Assembly (NCBI GenBank): GCA_025055235.1
Contig: JANWYN010000068.1
Location: forward strand, 43,630-107,629
Length of the DNA: 64,000 nucleotides
From: Candidatus Roseilinea sp.
GTDB lineage: Bacteria > Chloroflexota > Anaerolineae > J036 > Brachytrichaceae
Direction of reading: 5' to 3'
The first letter of the stretch is position 1. Every line of letters begins with the position of its first letter. A model generated the notes under the pieces. That model was not told where the DNA came from, did not search any database, and worked only from the letters and a program-made list of their open reading frames with translations. The translations under genes were made by a program, and so were the position numbers. Shown here piece by piece: positions 40,229 to 50,234 of this stretch.

Positions 40229-41454
40229 TATGCTATGCGCGCGTGTTCGAAGCGCTCGACGGTGCACCATTGCGCGATACGCTCACCCTCGCCGGACGCG
40301 ACATCCCGCGCTTCACCGGCGAGTTCTGGACGGCGCGCCAGCGCCAAGCCTGCGCACTGCATGAAATCTCCTACCGCGCGTGCTTCAAGCCGCAACTGCC
40401 GCGCTACTTCATCGAACGGCTGACCCGCCCTTCGGCTGAACTCAGGTCGAGGCCCGGCGACGTGGTGTATGACCCGTTCAGCGGGCGCGGCACGACGGCA
40501 ATCGAGGCGGCGCTGTTGGGCCGGCGCGTCATCGCTAACGACGTCAACCCGCTCAGCGCCATCCTGACCGCACCGCGCCTGCGCCTGCCGGAGCGCGCAG
40601 CGATCGCCGAGCGGTTGTCGCGCATTCCGCCGTCGCTGCGGCGCGCCGAGATAGACCTCTCGATGTTCTTTCACCCCGACACCGAGCGCGAGATCGTCGG
40701 CCTGCGCGAATATCTCGCCGCGCGCCGGCAGGCTGGTGAAGAAGACGACGTGGATGCTTGGATTCGCATGGTCGCGACCAACCGGCTGACCGGCCACTCG
40801 CGCGGCTTCTTCTCGGTCTATACCCTGCCGCCCAACCAAGCGACCAGTCCAGAGCGCCAGCGCCGGATCAACGCTCGATTGAATCAACGGCCCGAATACC
40901 GCGACACGCGGGCCATCATCCTGCGCAAGACGGCCAGCCTGATGCGCGGCCTGACCGAAGCGCAGCGGGCGAACCTGCGCGCAGCAGGCGAATCGGCCCT
41001 GCTGCTTACCTGCGACGCGCGGTGCACATGCGCCATCCCCGACGCCAGTGTCCAGCTCACGGTCACTTCGCCACCGTTCTTAGATGTGGTGCAGTATGCC
41101 GAAGACAACTGGTTGCGCTGCTGGTTCAACGGCATCGCCGCCGATGAGGTGGCGCAGCGCGTCACCCTCGCGCGCACGCTCGAAGCGTGGGAAGCGGTGA
41201 TGCGCGCGGTCTTCGTCGAGCTGTACCGGGTCACGCGGCCGGGCGGCTGGGTAGCCTTCGAGGTGGGCGAGGTGCGCGGGGGGCGGGTGTGTCTGGATGA
41301 GCACGTTGCGCCGTTGGGCGAGGCGGCCGGCTTCGCGTGTGTGGCGATCCTCATCAACCGGCAGCGCTTCACCAAGACGGCTAATATCTGGGGCATCGCC
41401 AACAACGCCCGCGGCACGAACACCAATCGCATCGTGGTTTTTCGCAAGGAGTGA
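40225..41454 (+). CDS. DNA methyltransferase (amino-MTase, N4-C or N6-A; PF01555-like) with motif I FSGRGTT and motif IV SPPF.
   Basis: DPFSGRGTTAIEAALLGRRVIANDVNP and VTSPPFLDVV. There is no in-frame ATG before motif I, so the start is inferred as GTG 40225 overlapping the upstream stop (GTGA), alternatively GTG 40243. Confidence 0.65.
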   Translation: MICYARVFEALDGAPLRDTLTLAGRDIPRFTGEFWTARQRQACALHEISYRACFKPQLPRYFIERLTRPSAELRSRPGDVVYDPFSGRGTTAIEAALLGRRVIANDVNPLSAILTAPRLRLPERAAIAERLSRIPPSLRRAEIDLSMFFHPDTEREIVGLREYLAARRQAGEEDDVDAWIRMVATNRLTGHSRGFFSVYTLPPNQATSPERQRRINARLNQRPEYRDTRAIILRKTASLMRGLTEAQRANLRAAGESALLLTCDARCTCAIPDASVQLTVTSPPFLDVVQYAEDNWLRCWFNGIAADEVAQRVTLARTLEAWEAVMRAVFVELYRVTRPGGWVAFEVGEVRGGRVCLDEHVAPLGEAAGFACVAILINRQRFTKTANIWGIANNARGTNTNRIVVFRKE

Positions 41455-41456
41455 GC

Positions 41457-42008
41457 ATGCCGGCGCTTACCGAATTCGTCCGTGTGCCGATTGATGCTGC
41501 AATGCGCGCACACGCCCGGCGCGAGGGTGCCGCGCGCCGGATTCAGCGCACACGCGCCTCGCCGATAGATGCTTACATCGGCGTGCTAGGCGAGCTGGTG
41601 TGGGCGAAGTTGCGCTACGGCAACTTTAGCCGGCTTGGTGTGCCGGGCGCCAAAGGGCAGGTGGACGATGTGAGCCCAGACGCCCAAATCGAGGTCAAGA
41701 CGTCCAAAACTAAGGTGCACGAACGCGCGCATCTGATGGTGCGCGAAGATTATGCACGCGCCCGGCAGCCCACAGCCTACGTATTGGTGCTGATCCCGGA
41801 AGAACAGGCCGACGGCGAGGAGGAAGCCGCATTCGTATGTGGCTGGGCAACGCATGAAGAAGTGCTGCACGGGCATCTGCAAGAGCGTCTCTCGCGTAAA
41901 ACCGGCGCGGCGCAAGGCTATCGCTGCTATGAAATCGCCGTGCGCGACTTGCATCCGGTCGAGGAACTACTCTCTACGCTGCAACGTGGGGCCGAAGCTC
42001 ACGAGTAA
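41457..42008 (+). CDS. Small PD-(D/E)xK-fold nuclease, putative restriction endonuclease partner of the upstream methyltransferase.
   Basis: E…VDDVSPDAQIEVKTSK fits E-PD-(D/E)xK. RBS AAGGAG 5 nt upstream of ATG. Tightly linked to the MTase (stop/RBS overlap). Confidence 0.5.
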   Translation: MPALTEFVRVPIDAAMRAHARREGAARRIQRTRASPIDAYIGVLGELVWAKLRYGNFSRLGVPGAKGQVDDVSPDAQIEVKTSKTKVHERAHLMVREDYARARQPTAYVLVLIPEEQADGEEEAAFVCGWATHEEVLHGHLQERLSRKTGAAQGYRCYEIAVRDLHPVEELLSTLQRGAEAHE

Positions 42009-43564
42009 GCAGGTTTGGGCTCGAACAGGCGCATCTGAACAGGTGAGCCAAATTGCTCTACAACGTGATCAGGAATGGACAGGCGCTCCAGCAAACGCGG
42101 TTCCACTTTTATCGCGCCATCGCCATATGACTTACCAACTCTCGCTAGGTTGGCAATGGTGTCCGGATGATTAAGTATCTTCCACATGCAGTCCACGAAT
42201 GCTGCGTCGTGACTTCTAGGATACACGCATAGAAAACCTGTTAAAGGAACAACGCCCGCAGTATTTCGAATGAACCGGCAACTACGCCGTCCCAAGTAAG
42301 CGAACAAAAACGGCGGCGGAATTCGAACTTCCATTCGATACCAGGGTTTGCGTTGTGAAATCAGTGGTCGCACTGGCAGTCCCATCTTTTCGCCTTCTTG
42401 CAGATACCTTCTCAGCGGCCCAGGGAACAATTCGAGAGGATCGCCATTGAGCGACAACAACCATGTCGGTCTGCCTCTGCGTTCTAGCGACTCAAGCAGT
42501 TGGTGAGTGATTTCTTCTTCAGCAACATCTCTTGTCCGTCCGATGGCTCTTACGAAGCACTCACGGGGAAGACCCAATCGCTCAATTCGCTCAAGCGTCA
42601 TGAAGAAGAAATCGTTCGCTCCCGTTGCGACGCCACGCATGACTTGAGCGAAGTCGCCGAGCACGTATTTGTGGGTGAATGTAGGCGAAGGTTCACGCGA
42701 CAAACCAGTCATGACACCCTCGTGCACATCGCGGCAGATGGCTAATAAGCCTGTCGTGTCCAACTCCCTAAAGCCAGACCTCACCCAACCGTTGAGCGCG
42801 TCCGGCGCTGGGTGATAGCACTTTGCCCAGCAGAACTTGTCTACAGGCGGAGCATTGCGTATGAACAGGACGAGCGGGTTTGTGTCAACACCAGGGAAAG
42901 GCGAGGCTTCAGGTGCGAACGTAAGCACGGCATCGAGGGCAAAGTTGTTTGTGATCCAAGTCCATAGGTCGAGGGCGAATTTGCCTTCGCAAGTATCTGC
43001 AGGCACAATGAAGGCTAATCGGCCATCTTCCTCAAGCAGCGCCAGCGCTTGGATCAAAAAATACACATGCAGCCCTGCGCGTCCGTCTAGCGACTTGCCG
43101 ATAATTTGTGTGCTCAGCCGGCGTAGCTGCACTTTCTTCTCCACAGGAAGACGGTGATGGCGAACGTAAGGTGGGTTAGCGACGATGGCTGGGAGCTTCG
43201 TTCGTGGCGGTTGAAGGACGAAATCGCCGATCGTCACTTGAGCGAGATCAGCCTCATTGAGGCCGAACGCCGCTGACTGCGCGAGAGCCAGTGGGTCAAT
43301 CTCCATGCCGGCCAGCCGGACAGGCAATCCCTTCTCTCTGGCGATCACCTTTGCTGCATGAAAGAACGCCCCCGCGCCAACGGCTGGATCGAATAAAAGT
43401 CCGCCTCTCTCGGCCAACGCGTATTCGACCATCGGCTCGGCGATCCACCTAGGCGTCCAGAACTGTCCGCGTTCTCTCAGCAGCTCCCTGGCTTCCCATG
43501 CCGACTGGATCTTGTAAGCGTCAAACCTTTGCATTGGCGAGGTCGCGTAGCATTTGCAGAGCAT
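41999..43564 (-). CDS. N6-adenine DNA methyltransferase (gamma-class, NPPY motif).
   Basis: FWTPRWIAEPMVEYA, motif I FDPAVGAGAFF, motif IV IVANPPYV. Lower GC than the surroundings. Confidence 0.75.
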   Translation of the reverse strand: MLCKCYATSPMQRFDAYKIQSAWEARELLRERGQFWTPRWIAEPMVEYALAERGGLLFDPAVGAGAFFHAAKVIAREKGLPVRLAGMEIDPLALAQSAAFGLNEADLAQVTIGDFVLQPPRTKLPAIVANPPYVRHHRLPVEKKVQLRRLSTQIIGKSLDGRAGLHVYFLIQALALLEEDGRLAFIVPADTCEGKFALDLWTWITNNFALDAVLTFAPEASPFPGVDTNPLVLFIRNAPPVDKFCWAKCYHPAPDALNGWVRSGFRELDTTGLLAICRDVHEGVMTGLSREPSPTFTHKYVLGDFAQVMRGVATGANDFFFMTLERIERLGLPRECFVRAIGRTRDVAEEEITHQLLESLERRGRPTWLLSLNGDPLELFPGPLRRYLQEGEKMGLPVRPLISQRKPWYRMEVRIPPPFLFAYLGRRSCRFIRNTAGVVPLTGFLCVYPRSHDAAFVDCMWKILNHPDTIANLARVGKSYGDGAIKVEPRLLERLSIPDHVVEQFGSPVQMRLFEPKPAYS

Positions 43565-44474
43565 CTTCACTCAGATCCATCTTGCCGCCTTCGAAGTGCA
43601 CATAGGGCAGGATGTGACCGTTTTTATCCTCGATGAACCTGGCTCTGAGTTCCGGCTCTTGCGTTGTACTCCCTAAAGTATAGGCGTGCTGATAGTAGAT
43701 CTTGTAGATGACTTTCTCTGAGGTTACGCCGCTTGGTGCTTGGAATGTGTGCTTTTGCGGTGAGATGAATCCTTGGTCAATAAGTTCTTGCGCCCTGTCG
43801 AGAGAGATGCCGAATGCTATGTCGTAGAAGACGTGCCAGATATGCACGGGAGTGTCATGTGCATCTTGCCATTCTTGCAGAGGCCTGCGGTCTTCCTCCT
43901 TCAAGATCAGTGTGGGCACAACAGCGCCTTTCTTCAGCCCGGGCTTGCCGCCGAGCCGCTTTTGAGGCCGGAGTGCCGAGCCGTAATCAGGCATGCGCTT
44001 GCCCTTCCAGAGGCTATTTTCGCACTCTACTGCGAGCGTAGCCATCCCCAGCAATTCCTTTATCGCCTCATTGTTCTCTGGAGTGAAAGGTAGCTCGCTC
44101 ACGCCCCCGATTGTCTGTATGAGATCATCTACTACGCTTTGCACTGACTTTGCGAAAATCAACAAGTCGGGACGTTTGTTTCTGCCAAGTCCTGCCTTTT
44201 CGAGCCGCTCGAAGTAGAGTTCAAGTGCTTTCGCATCTTCAGGCGCAACACCACTTGGGCCGTAAGGAATCCCGAAGAATTCGCCTGTGTCATTGACGGC
44301 TTGGATGATGCGCCTTTCACTCCACACGCCCTGCGACCAGCGCATCAAGAAATCGCTCCCACGCAACCGGCGAGGATTGAGCAAGAAATCAAGCCATTCG
44401 AGAGCGCCACATTCTTGAAGCTCAAGCGCGATGTCCTCGGCGCCGACGCTCAAAAGCCGATTGAATAGGTGCAT
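43521..44474 (-). CDS. Putative Type II restriction endonuclease partner of the NPPY methyltransferase.
   Basis: 317-aa protein directly upstream of and overlapping the MTase gene. It has a PD…E-x-E…K-like stretch (KRPDLLIFAKS…LAVECENSLWKGK) and low GC. No family recognised. Confidence 0.45.
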   Translation of the reverse strand: MHLFNRLLSVGAEDIALELQECGALEWLDFLLNPRRLRGSDFLMRWSQGVWSERRIIQAVNDTGEFFGIPYGPSGVAPEDAKALELYFERLEKAGLGRNKRPDLLIFAKSVQSVVDDLIQTIGGVSELPFTPENNEAIKELLGMATLAVECENSLWKGKRMPDYGSALRPQKRLGGKPGLKKGAVVPTLILKEEDRRPLQEWQDAHDTPVHIWHVFYDIAFGISLDRAQELIDQGFISPQKHTFQAPSGVTSEKVIYKIYYQHAYTLGSTTQEPELRARFIEDKNGHILPYVHFEGGKMDLSEDALQMLRDLANAKV

Positions 44475-44504
44475 CTGCCAGTCAGGCTTTCCCAGGCCAA
44501 TCTG

Positions 44505-45059
44505 CTATAACTTCCTAATCTTCTCATCCAACTCAGCCATGCGGCCTTCGATGCTGTCTTTAAAGCGGGCGAGCGCTTCGGAGAACGCATCGGTCGCCTC
44601 CAGCAGCTCATTCGCCATCTGGCTGGGTGACTTGAGGTTGAGCGGGTTAGCCGGGTCGGGCAGTGGCGCGAAGCCGGTGAACGCGCCGCTCGCGTCGCGC
44701 GTGACCAAGCGCACGCCGACGATCGCATCGCGGTTGATCGGCCCGTAGATGTGTGGAAAGCGCGGCGCTTCGGCGACGGGCGCAGTGTCGCTGACGGCTG
44801 CTTCCGGCGGAAGCAGATCGTCGGTCGTCAAGGGCGCCGGCGCTTCCCAGCGCACCTCGCTGGTCAAGCGCGTCTCGTCAATCTCGAGGACGACGAATTC
44901 GCCCGGCCGGTCCTTGTAGCGCGCGTTGGCGACATGCAGCAGAAGCGCGTCGCCTTGCGTCGCATGGATGAAGCCTTCGCTCGCCAAGCTATCGGCGCGG
45001 TAAGGCTGGTCAGCCGGCGCGGCCTCCCAATTGGCGCGGAGCGTAAGGTGCAGAATCAT
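44505..45059 (-). CDS. DUF952-domain protein with a C-terminal coiled-coil extension.
   Basis: MILHLTLRANWEAA…GFIHAT…VVLEID…PHIYGPI resembles DUF952. Stop/start ATGA overlap with tatC. Confidence 0.6.
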   Translation of the reverse strand: MILHLTLRANWEAAPADQPYRADSLASEGFIHATQGDALLLHVANARYKDRPGEFVVLEIDETRLTSEVRWEAPAPLTTDDLLPPEAAVSDTAPVAEAPRFPHIYGPINRDAIVGVRLVTRDASGAFTGFAPLPDPANPLNLKSPSQMANELLEATDAFSEALARFKDSIEGRMAELDEKIRKL

Positions 45060-45847
45060 GCGGAGTCCTTCAGCTTCTCTTCGGGGTCGAGCATGGCCGG
45101 CACGGTAGCGTTGCGACGGGCGATATAGGCCATTACGATGCTAAAGCCGTAGAGCAGCAGCAGCGGCACCATGACGATGCTCATGTTGACCGGGTCGGGC
45201 GTCGGCGTGATCAGCGCAGCCAGCACGGCGACGATCACAACCGCCCAGCGCCACTGCTTCTTGAGCACATTGGCGTTGATCACGTTAGCCTTGGCCAGGA
45301 TGAAGATGATCAGCGGCATCTCGAACGCCACGCCCATCCAGAACATCACGCCGGCGACGAAGGGGATGTAGTCGTCCGGCGTCAGCGCCACGTTGAAGAC
45401 GCTGGGGAAGATGCCCGTGAGGAAGCCCACCGCCGCCGGCAGCATGACGAAAAACGCGAACGTCGCGCCCAAGATGAATAATCCGAACCCAAACGGCAGG
45501 CCGATCAGGATCCAGCGTTTCTCGTGCGGCAACAGGCCGGGGAAGATGAAGGCCAGGATCTGATACAGGATGAACGGCAACGCCAAGATCGCACCGGCGG
45601 TTACCGATACGGTAAAGACGTTGGTGAGCGGCGAGGTCGGGCTGGTGACCAGAAGTTGCTTCGCCGGGCCGTAGGGCGCGAGCAGGACTTTCAAAATTTG
45701 TTCCGAGAACGCCAGGCCGATCGCTGTGCCGATGGCCAGCGCGATCACGGACTTGAGCAGCCGATCGCGCAGTTCGCGCACGTGCTCGAGGAGGGTCATA
45801 CCCTCTTCTTCCTGCAGCTCACCCATCGGTTGAACGTTTTGCGCCAT
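45056..45847 (-). CDS. tatC: Twin-arginine translocase subunit TatC.
   Basis: MTLLEHVRELRDRLLKS… followed by six TM helices typical of TatC. Confidence 0.85.
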   Translation of the reverse strand: MAQNVQPMGELQEEEGMTLLEHVRELRDRLLKSVIALAIGTAIGLAFSEQILKVLLAPYGPAKQLLVTSPTSPLTNVFTVSVTAGAILALPFILYQILAFIFPGLLPHEKRWILIGLPFGFGLFILGATFAFFVMLPAAVGFLTGIFPSVFNVALTPDDYIPFVAGVMFWMGVAFEMPLIIFILAKANVINANVLKKQWRWAVVIVAVLAALITPTPDPVNMSIVMVPLLLLYGFSIVMAYIARRNATVPAMLDPEEKLKDSA

Positions 45848-45877
45848 ACGCTCACCTCAGGCGGTAGTTATACACGA

Positions 45878-46492
45878 TCAACCGCGCCACGGGTTGTCGT
45901 CGTCCAGCCGGTCGGTGCGAATCGTCGTGCCGACCGAGGCCCAGGGGTTGTCGTCCGGCAGTTCGACCGGGATGTGATTCTCCGGAGCAATCGGGCGCGG
46001 CAGCGCGATGCGCGCGCCGTTCGAGGTGATGGTTGGCGGTGCGATCGTTGCTGCGCCCGCGTCGGACACACCCGTGGTGGTTTGTGGCGCAGCACTCGCC
46101 GGTGCAGGCGGTGGGGCGGACGTATTCGCCGGCGCAGACGTGCCGTTCAAACTGTTCGTCGCTGCAGGCGTGCCCGGCGGCGGGTTTAGGCTGACGGCTT
46201 TGCTGATGTCGTCGGCGTATGGCTGCAGGATGGCGCGAATGTCGGCTGCTTCGCGGATGGCCTGCACCTCGCGGCGAATCTCGCGCGTCACTTCGTCGAG
46301 ATCCTGAGCGATGGGCTGCAGTTCGCCTTTGAACTCCTGAGTGAAGGCGACATACGTCTCGCGCAGGCGGCGCAGGGCCGTGCCCAGGCCGCGCGTGAAT
46401 TCCGGCAACCGCTCCGGCCCGAACACGAGGAGGATCAGGATCAAGATGAACAGCACCTCCAGCGGGCCGATGCCGAGAATCGTTCCGTTCAT
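45878..46492 (-). CDS. Twin-arginine translocase TatA/TatB-family protein with a long Pro/Ala/Thr-rich C-terminal tail.
   Basis: N-terminal TM plus amphipathic helix (GIGPLEVLFILILILLVFGPERLPEFTRGLG). Confidence 0.65.
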   Translation of the reverse strand: MNGTILGIGPLEVLFILILILLVFGPERLPEFTRGLGTALRRLRETYVAFTQEFKGELQPIAQDLDEVTREIRREVQAIREAADIRAILQPYADDISKAVSLNPPPGTPAATNSLNGTSAPANTSAPPPAPASAAPQTTTGVSDAGAATIAPPTITSNGARIALPRPIAPENHIPVELPDDNPWASVGTTIRTDRLDDDNPWRG

Positions 46493-46881
46493 AGGTTTGC
46501 TGCGGCGCCCAGCACGCCGTTCACGAATCGCGAGCTCGTCTCGCTGCCAAACTCCTTCGCTACATTCACGGCTTCGTTGATCGCCACCTTCAGCGGCACA
46601 TCGCCGCGTCGCATCTCATAGAGCGCGATGCGCAGGATGTTGCGGTCAATGGCGGAGAGGTGTTCGGCCGGAAATTCGGGCGCCAGCGCGCTGATCGTCT
46701 GGTCGAGGGATGCCATTTCGCGCATCACCCCGTTCACCAGCTCAATCGCGTATGCGCGCACCGATGCCGGTCGCTCCACCTCCGCGAGGTGGCGATTCAA
46801 CACCTCGTCAGCGGAATGGTGCGCCGTGTCAACTTCGTAGAGCACCTGCAAGGCGAGCACGCGCGCCTCATGCCGTGACAT
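46489..46881 (-). CDS. nusB: Transcription antitermination factor NusB.
   Basis: MSRHEARVLALQVLYEVD…RNILRIALYEM…KVAINEAVNVAKEFG. Start trimmed to ATG 46881. Confidence 0.85.
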   Translation of the reverse strand: MSRHEARVLALQVLYEVDTAHHSADEVLNRHLAEVERPASVRAYAIELVNGVMREMASLDQTISALAPEFPAEHLSAIDRNILRIALYEMRRGDVPLKVAINEAVNVAKEFGSETSSRFVNGVLGAAANL

Positions 46882-47182
46882 CCTCGAAATATACGTCCAC
46901 CGACGATACGCGTAGCCCGATGATCTCCTGAACTGCCTGTTGCACTTCCGACTGGATCGCCCGGCCAAGCTCGACCAGCGAGACGTCCTGCGCTGCAGTG
47001 AGATGCAGCTTCACGCGCACCTCGTCGCCGTTCACGGCGACCTCCACACCCTTGTAACTGTCGCGAGGGCGGAGCGTTCGCGTGTGATCCACCAGCCCGC
47101 GCACGCTCGGCATGGCGAGCACCGTGTTGCGCACGATGGTGCGCACCACGTCGGGCGAGATCGTCACTGAAGATTGCGCCAT
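46868..47182 (-). CDS. Asp23/Gls24-family (alkaline shock protein 23-like) protein.
   Basis: Asp23 family profile and the classic asp23-nusB gene order. Confidence 0.8.
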   Translation of the reverse strand: MAQSSVTISPDVVRTIVRNTVLAMPSVRGLVDHTRTLRPRDSYKGVEVAVNGDEVRVKLHLTAAQDVSLVELGRAIQSEVQQAVQEIIGLRVSSVDVYFEDVTA

Positions 47183-47186
47183 CGCG

Positions 47187-47936
47187 TCACTGCATGACCA
47201 GGCCGCCGTCCACGCTCAACACTGCGCCGGTGATGAAAGCGGCCTCGTCGCTTGCAAGGAATGATACCGCATAGGCCACCTCTTCGGGTGCGCCAAACCG
47301 GCCGAGCGGCGTGGCCTTGAGGATGGCTTGCTTTTGTTCCTCGCTGAGCACGTCGGTGAGCGCGGTGGGGATGAAGCCCGGCGCAACCGCGTTCACGGTG
47401 ATGTTGCGCGAGCCAAGTTCTTTGGCCAGCGACTTGGTAAAGCCGATCACGCCGGCCTTGGCTGCCGCGTAGTTGGTCTGCCCGCCCTGGCCGGCCAAGC
47501 CGACCACCGAGCTGATGTTGATGATGCGCCCGCTGCGCGCGCGGATCATCGGCCGGACGGCCGCCTTGCAACAATTGAACACGCTCTTCAAATCGGCGTT
47601 GATCACGGTGTCCCAGTCGTCTTCGCTCATGGTCATGAGCAGCGTGTCGCGGGTCGTGCCGGCGTTGTTCACCAGGATGTCGAGCTTGCCGAAGGCATCC
47701 AGCGCGGCCTTCACCAGCGCGGTTGCCTCATCCAGCTTGCTCACGTCGGCCTTGAAGGCGATGGCTGTGCCGCCGGCCTCGGTGATCGTTTTGACCACGT
47801 CGTGCGCAGCGGCTTCGCTGGCCTTGTAGTTCACGACCACCGACGCGCCGCGCCGGGCGAGTTCGATGGCGATGGCGCGCCCGATGCCGCGCGACGCGCC
47901 GGTGACGATGGCGGATTTACCTTGCAGTTGTCCCAT
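47187..47936 (-). CDS. fabG: 3-oxoacyl-[ACP] reductase FabG.
   Basis: GKSAIVTGASRGIGRAIA, NNAG, YAAAKAG, C-terminal SDEAAFITGAVLSVDGGLVM. Confidence 0.85.
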   Translation of the reverse strand: MGQLQGKSAIVTGASRGIGRAIAIELARRGASVVVNYKASEAAAHDVVKTITEAGGTAIAFKADVSKLDEATALVKAALDAFGKLDILVNNAGTTRDTLLMTMSEDDWDTVINADLKSVFNCCKAAVRPMIRARSGRIINISSVVGLAGQGGQTNYAAAKAGVIGFTKSLAKELGSRNITVNAVAPGFIPTALTDVLSEEQKQAILKATPLGRFGAPEEVAYAVSFLASDEAAFITGAVLSVDGGLVMQ

Positions 47937-47972
47937 GTGTGCTTCTCAATCGGCGCGCTCTCGCGCCGGTCG

Positions 47973-48875
47973 CTATCCAATTGCGCGCGTCTCGACGCCC
48001 TCGACGATGCGCCGGATCAGCCCACACAACACGTCCTTCGGACCTAACTCAACGAAGTGCGTCACGCCCTGAGCGTGCATGAATCGCACGCTCTCCACCC
48101 AACGCACAGGCGAGGTGAGCTGCGCAGCCAGTTCGGCGCGGATGTCGTCGGGATGGCTGATCGGTCGCGCCGAGGTGTTGGCCACGACCGGTACGGCCGC
48201 CGGCGCAATCGGCGTCGCCTCGACGATGCGCGCGAAGTCGTCTGCGATATCGGCCATCAGCGGCGAGTGCGAGGCGATGCTGACGTTGAGCGGCACGACG
48301 CGCTTGGCGCCTTTGGCTTTGGCGATGGCGGAAGCAGTCGCCACGGCCTCCTTGCCGCCCGAGATGACGATCTGGCCCGGCGAGTTGTCGTTCGCGACGA
48401 CGACGCCCGGCGTGTGTTGTTGCGAGGCTGCCTCACACGCATCGCGCAGCGCGTCGGCATCCAGGCCGATGACTGCAGCCATGCTGCCCGGCGCGCGCTC
48501 GCCGGCTTCCTTCATCAGCCGGCCGCGCTCGCGCGCCAGTCTCACGCCGTCCTCGAACGCTAGCGCGCCGGCCGCGCACAACGCGCTCAGCTCGCCCAGG
48601 CTGTGGCCGGCGACGAACGCCGGCGCTTCGATCTCGCCGGACAGCCGCACCATCTCGTACATCGCAACGCTATGGGTGAAGATGGCCGGCTGGGTGTTGA
48701 TCGTGTCGCTCAATTCGGCTTCTGGCCCGTACCAGCATCGCTGCGAGAGCGGGAAGCCCAGCGCGGCGTCGGCGCGCGCGAAGATGCCTTTGACGATCGG
48801 CCGGTGCTGCGCTTGCTCCAGCCCCATGCCGACGAATTGCGATCCCTGGCCGGGGAAGACGTATGCGGTCGTCAC
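47973..48875 (-). CDS. fabD: Malonyl-CoA:ACP transacylase FabD.
   Basis: VFPGQGSQFVGMG and the active-site GHSLGE. Confidence 0.85.
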   Translation of the reverse strand: MTTAYVFPGQGSQFVGMGLEQAQHRPIVKGIFARADAALGFPLSQRCWYGPEAELSDTINTQPAIFTHSVAMYEMVRLSGEIEAPAFVAGHSLGELSALCAAGALAFEDGVRLARERGRLMKEAGERAPGSMAAVIGLDADALRDACEAASQQHTPGVVVANDNSPGQIVISGGKEAVATASAIAKAKGAKRVVPLNVSIASHSPLMADIADDFARIVEATPIAPAAVPVVANTSARPISHPDDIRAELAAQLTSPVRWVESVRFMHAQGVTHFVELGPKDVLCGLIRRIVEGVETRAIG

Positions 48876-48905
48876 GCGTTCGACGAGGAATGCGCCGGAG
48901 TCAGG

Positions 48906-49109
48906 TTACTTCTTGTCGTCCTTCCCGTCGTCGCCGATGCGGACGACCATGCGGCCCTTGTAGTAGCCGCAGGACGGACACACGATGTGCGGTGGCTTCA
49001 TCTCGCCGCAGTTGTCGCAGGCGACCAGTTGCACTGGCGTGAGATGGTCATGCGCGCGGCGCCGGTGCGTCCGACCCCATGAAAGTTTTCGCTTCGGTAG
49101 TGGACCCAT
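48906..49109 (-). CDS. rpmF: 50S ribosomal protein L32.
   Basis: PLPKRKLSWGRTHRRRAHDHL plus the CxxC…CxxC zinc ribbon. AGGAG RBS upstream of ATG 49109. Confidence 0.8.
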   Translation of the reverse strand: MGPLPKRKLSWGRTHRRRAHDHLTPVQLVACDNCGEMKPPHIVCPSCGYYKGRMVVRIGDDGKDDKK

Positions 49110-49272
49110 GTCTCGAAAAGCTCCTTTCACTCAGGCGGCGCGCCGGATCATGCCTGCAGCAACCGCCTGCTCATTGTTACAAAAGCGCGTCATTCTAACG
49201 CAAGTCGTCCCGGTTGCCACAGCGACTGACCTGCAACGTGCTCGAGCGAGCCGCCGCAGCGCCGGGCAGCGC

Positions 49273-50226
49273 TTACCCAAGCGGCCCGAGGAAGATCGGC
49301 CCGTCGGGGTTGGGGGTGGGGCGGCCGCCGGCCGGCTCGATGGTGATCCCGATTTTGTCGAAGGCCGAGAAAGGCTCGTCGCTCTTCACGATCAGCCGGC
49401 CGGTGCCGTCGGGCGCGGTGTTGAAGATCTCCGACGGCAAGCGCAGATCGCCCTTGATCAGCCACACCTGATAGGTTTGGTCGGGCGAAAGCGGCGGCAA
49501 GTTGTGCGCCGTGATGAGCGCCGTTTCAGCATCGGGCGCGTAGAACACAGAGAGCGCACCCTGTTTGAAATCGTCCTTGAAGGCGGGGATCTTGGCTACG
49601 CGCACATCGCGCTGCGAGAGCACGCCCAGCTCGCTTTCTGCAATGGCCAGCGCTTCCTGCACGCGCGCGACTTCGGCTTGCGCGGCTGCCAATTCGGCGC
49701 GCGCCTGACCGGCGTCGGTCTGCGCAGCCGCAATCTGTTGTTCGGCCTGCGCCAGCCGGCTTTGGGCGTCGCTCAGTTCTCGTTCGAGTTGCGCGGTGCG
49801 CTCGCGCGCGAGGGCCAGTTGCGCGTTTACATCTTGCAGTTGCGCTTGGAGCTGGGCGTTGTAGGCGCGCTGTTGGACAAGCTGCGACTGGGTGTTCAAC
49901 AAACCCACGCCGAGCACGAGGGCGAGGGATGCGAAGGCAAGTGCCGCGCCACCGAAGAGGTAACGCAGCCAGTCGGATCGGCCGGACGCCTTCGGCTTTG
50001 GCGATTCGGCCGGCTGAGGCGGGATGCGCGCCATGACCTTCTGCTTGAGCGCAGGCGAAGGCGCAACCGGCTCGACTGCGAGCATCATCGCCATCGCCGC
50101 GGCGCGTGCTTCGGCCACGCGTGCGCGTAGCTCCGGCGAGGCCGCGAGCTGTCGTTCGAACTCGGCGCGCTCTCGCTCGTCCAGCGCGCCGATCGCATAG
50201 AGCGCAATCTGTTCGTCCAGCGTCAT
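49273..50226 (-). CDS. Anti-sigma-K factor RskA-type, paralog 2.
   Basis: N-terminal MTLDEQIALYAIGALDERERAEFERQLAASPELR, a TM, Q/A-rich coiled coil, C-terminal RskA-like …GITIEPAGG…. Confidence 0.7.
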   Translation of the reverse strand: MTLDEQIALYAIGALDERERAEFERQLAASPELRARVAEARAAAMAMMLAVEPVAPSPALKQKVMARIPPQPAESPKPKASGRSDWLRYLFGGAALAFASLALVLGVGLLNTQSQLVQQRAYNAQLQAQLQDVNAQLALARERTAQLERELSDAQSRLAQAEQQIAAAQTDAGQARAELAAAQAEVARVQEALAIAESELGVLSQRDVRVAKIPAFKDDFKQGALSVFYAPDAETALITAHNLPPLSPDQTYQVWLIKGDLRLPSEIFNTAPDGTGRLIVKSDEPFSAFDKIGITIEPAGGRPTPNPDGPIFLGPLG

Positions 50227-50234
50227 GGCGACAC

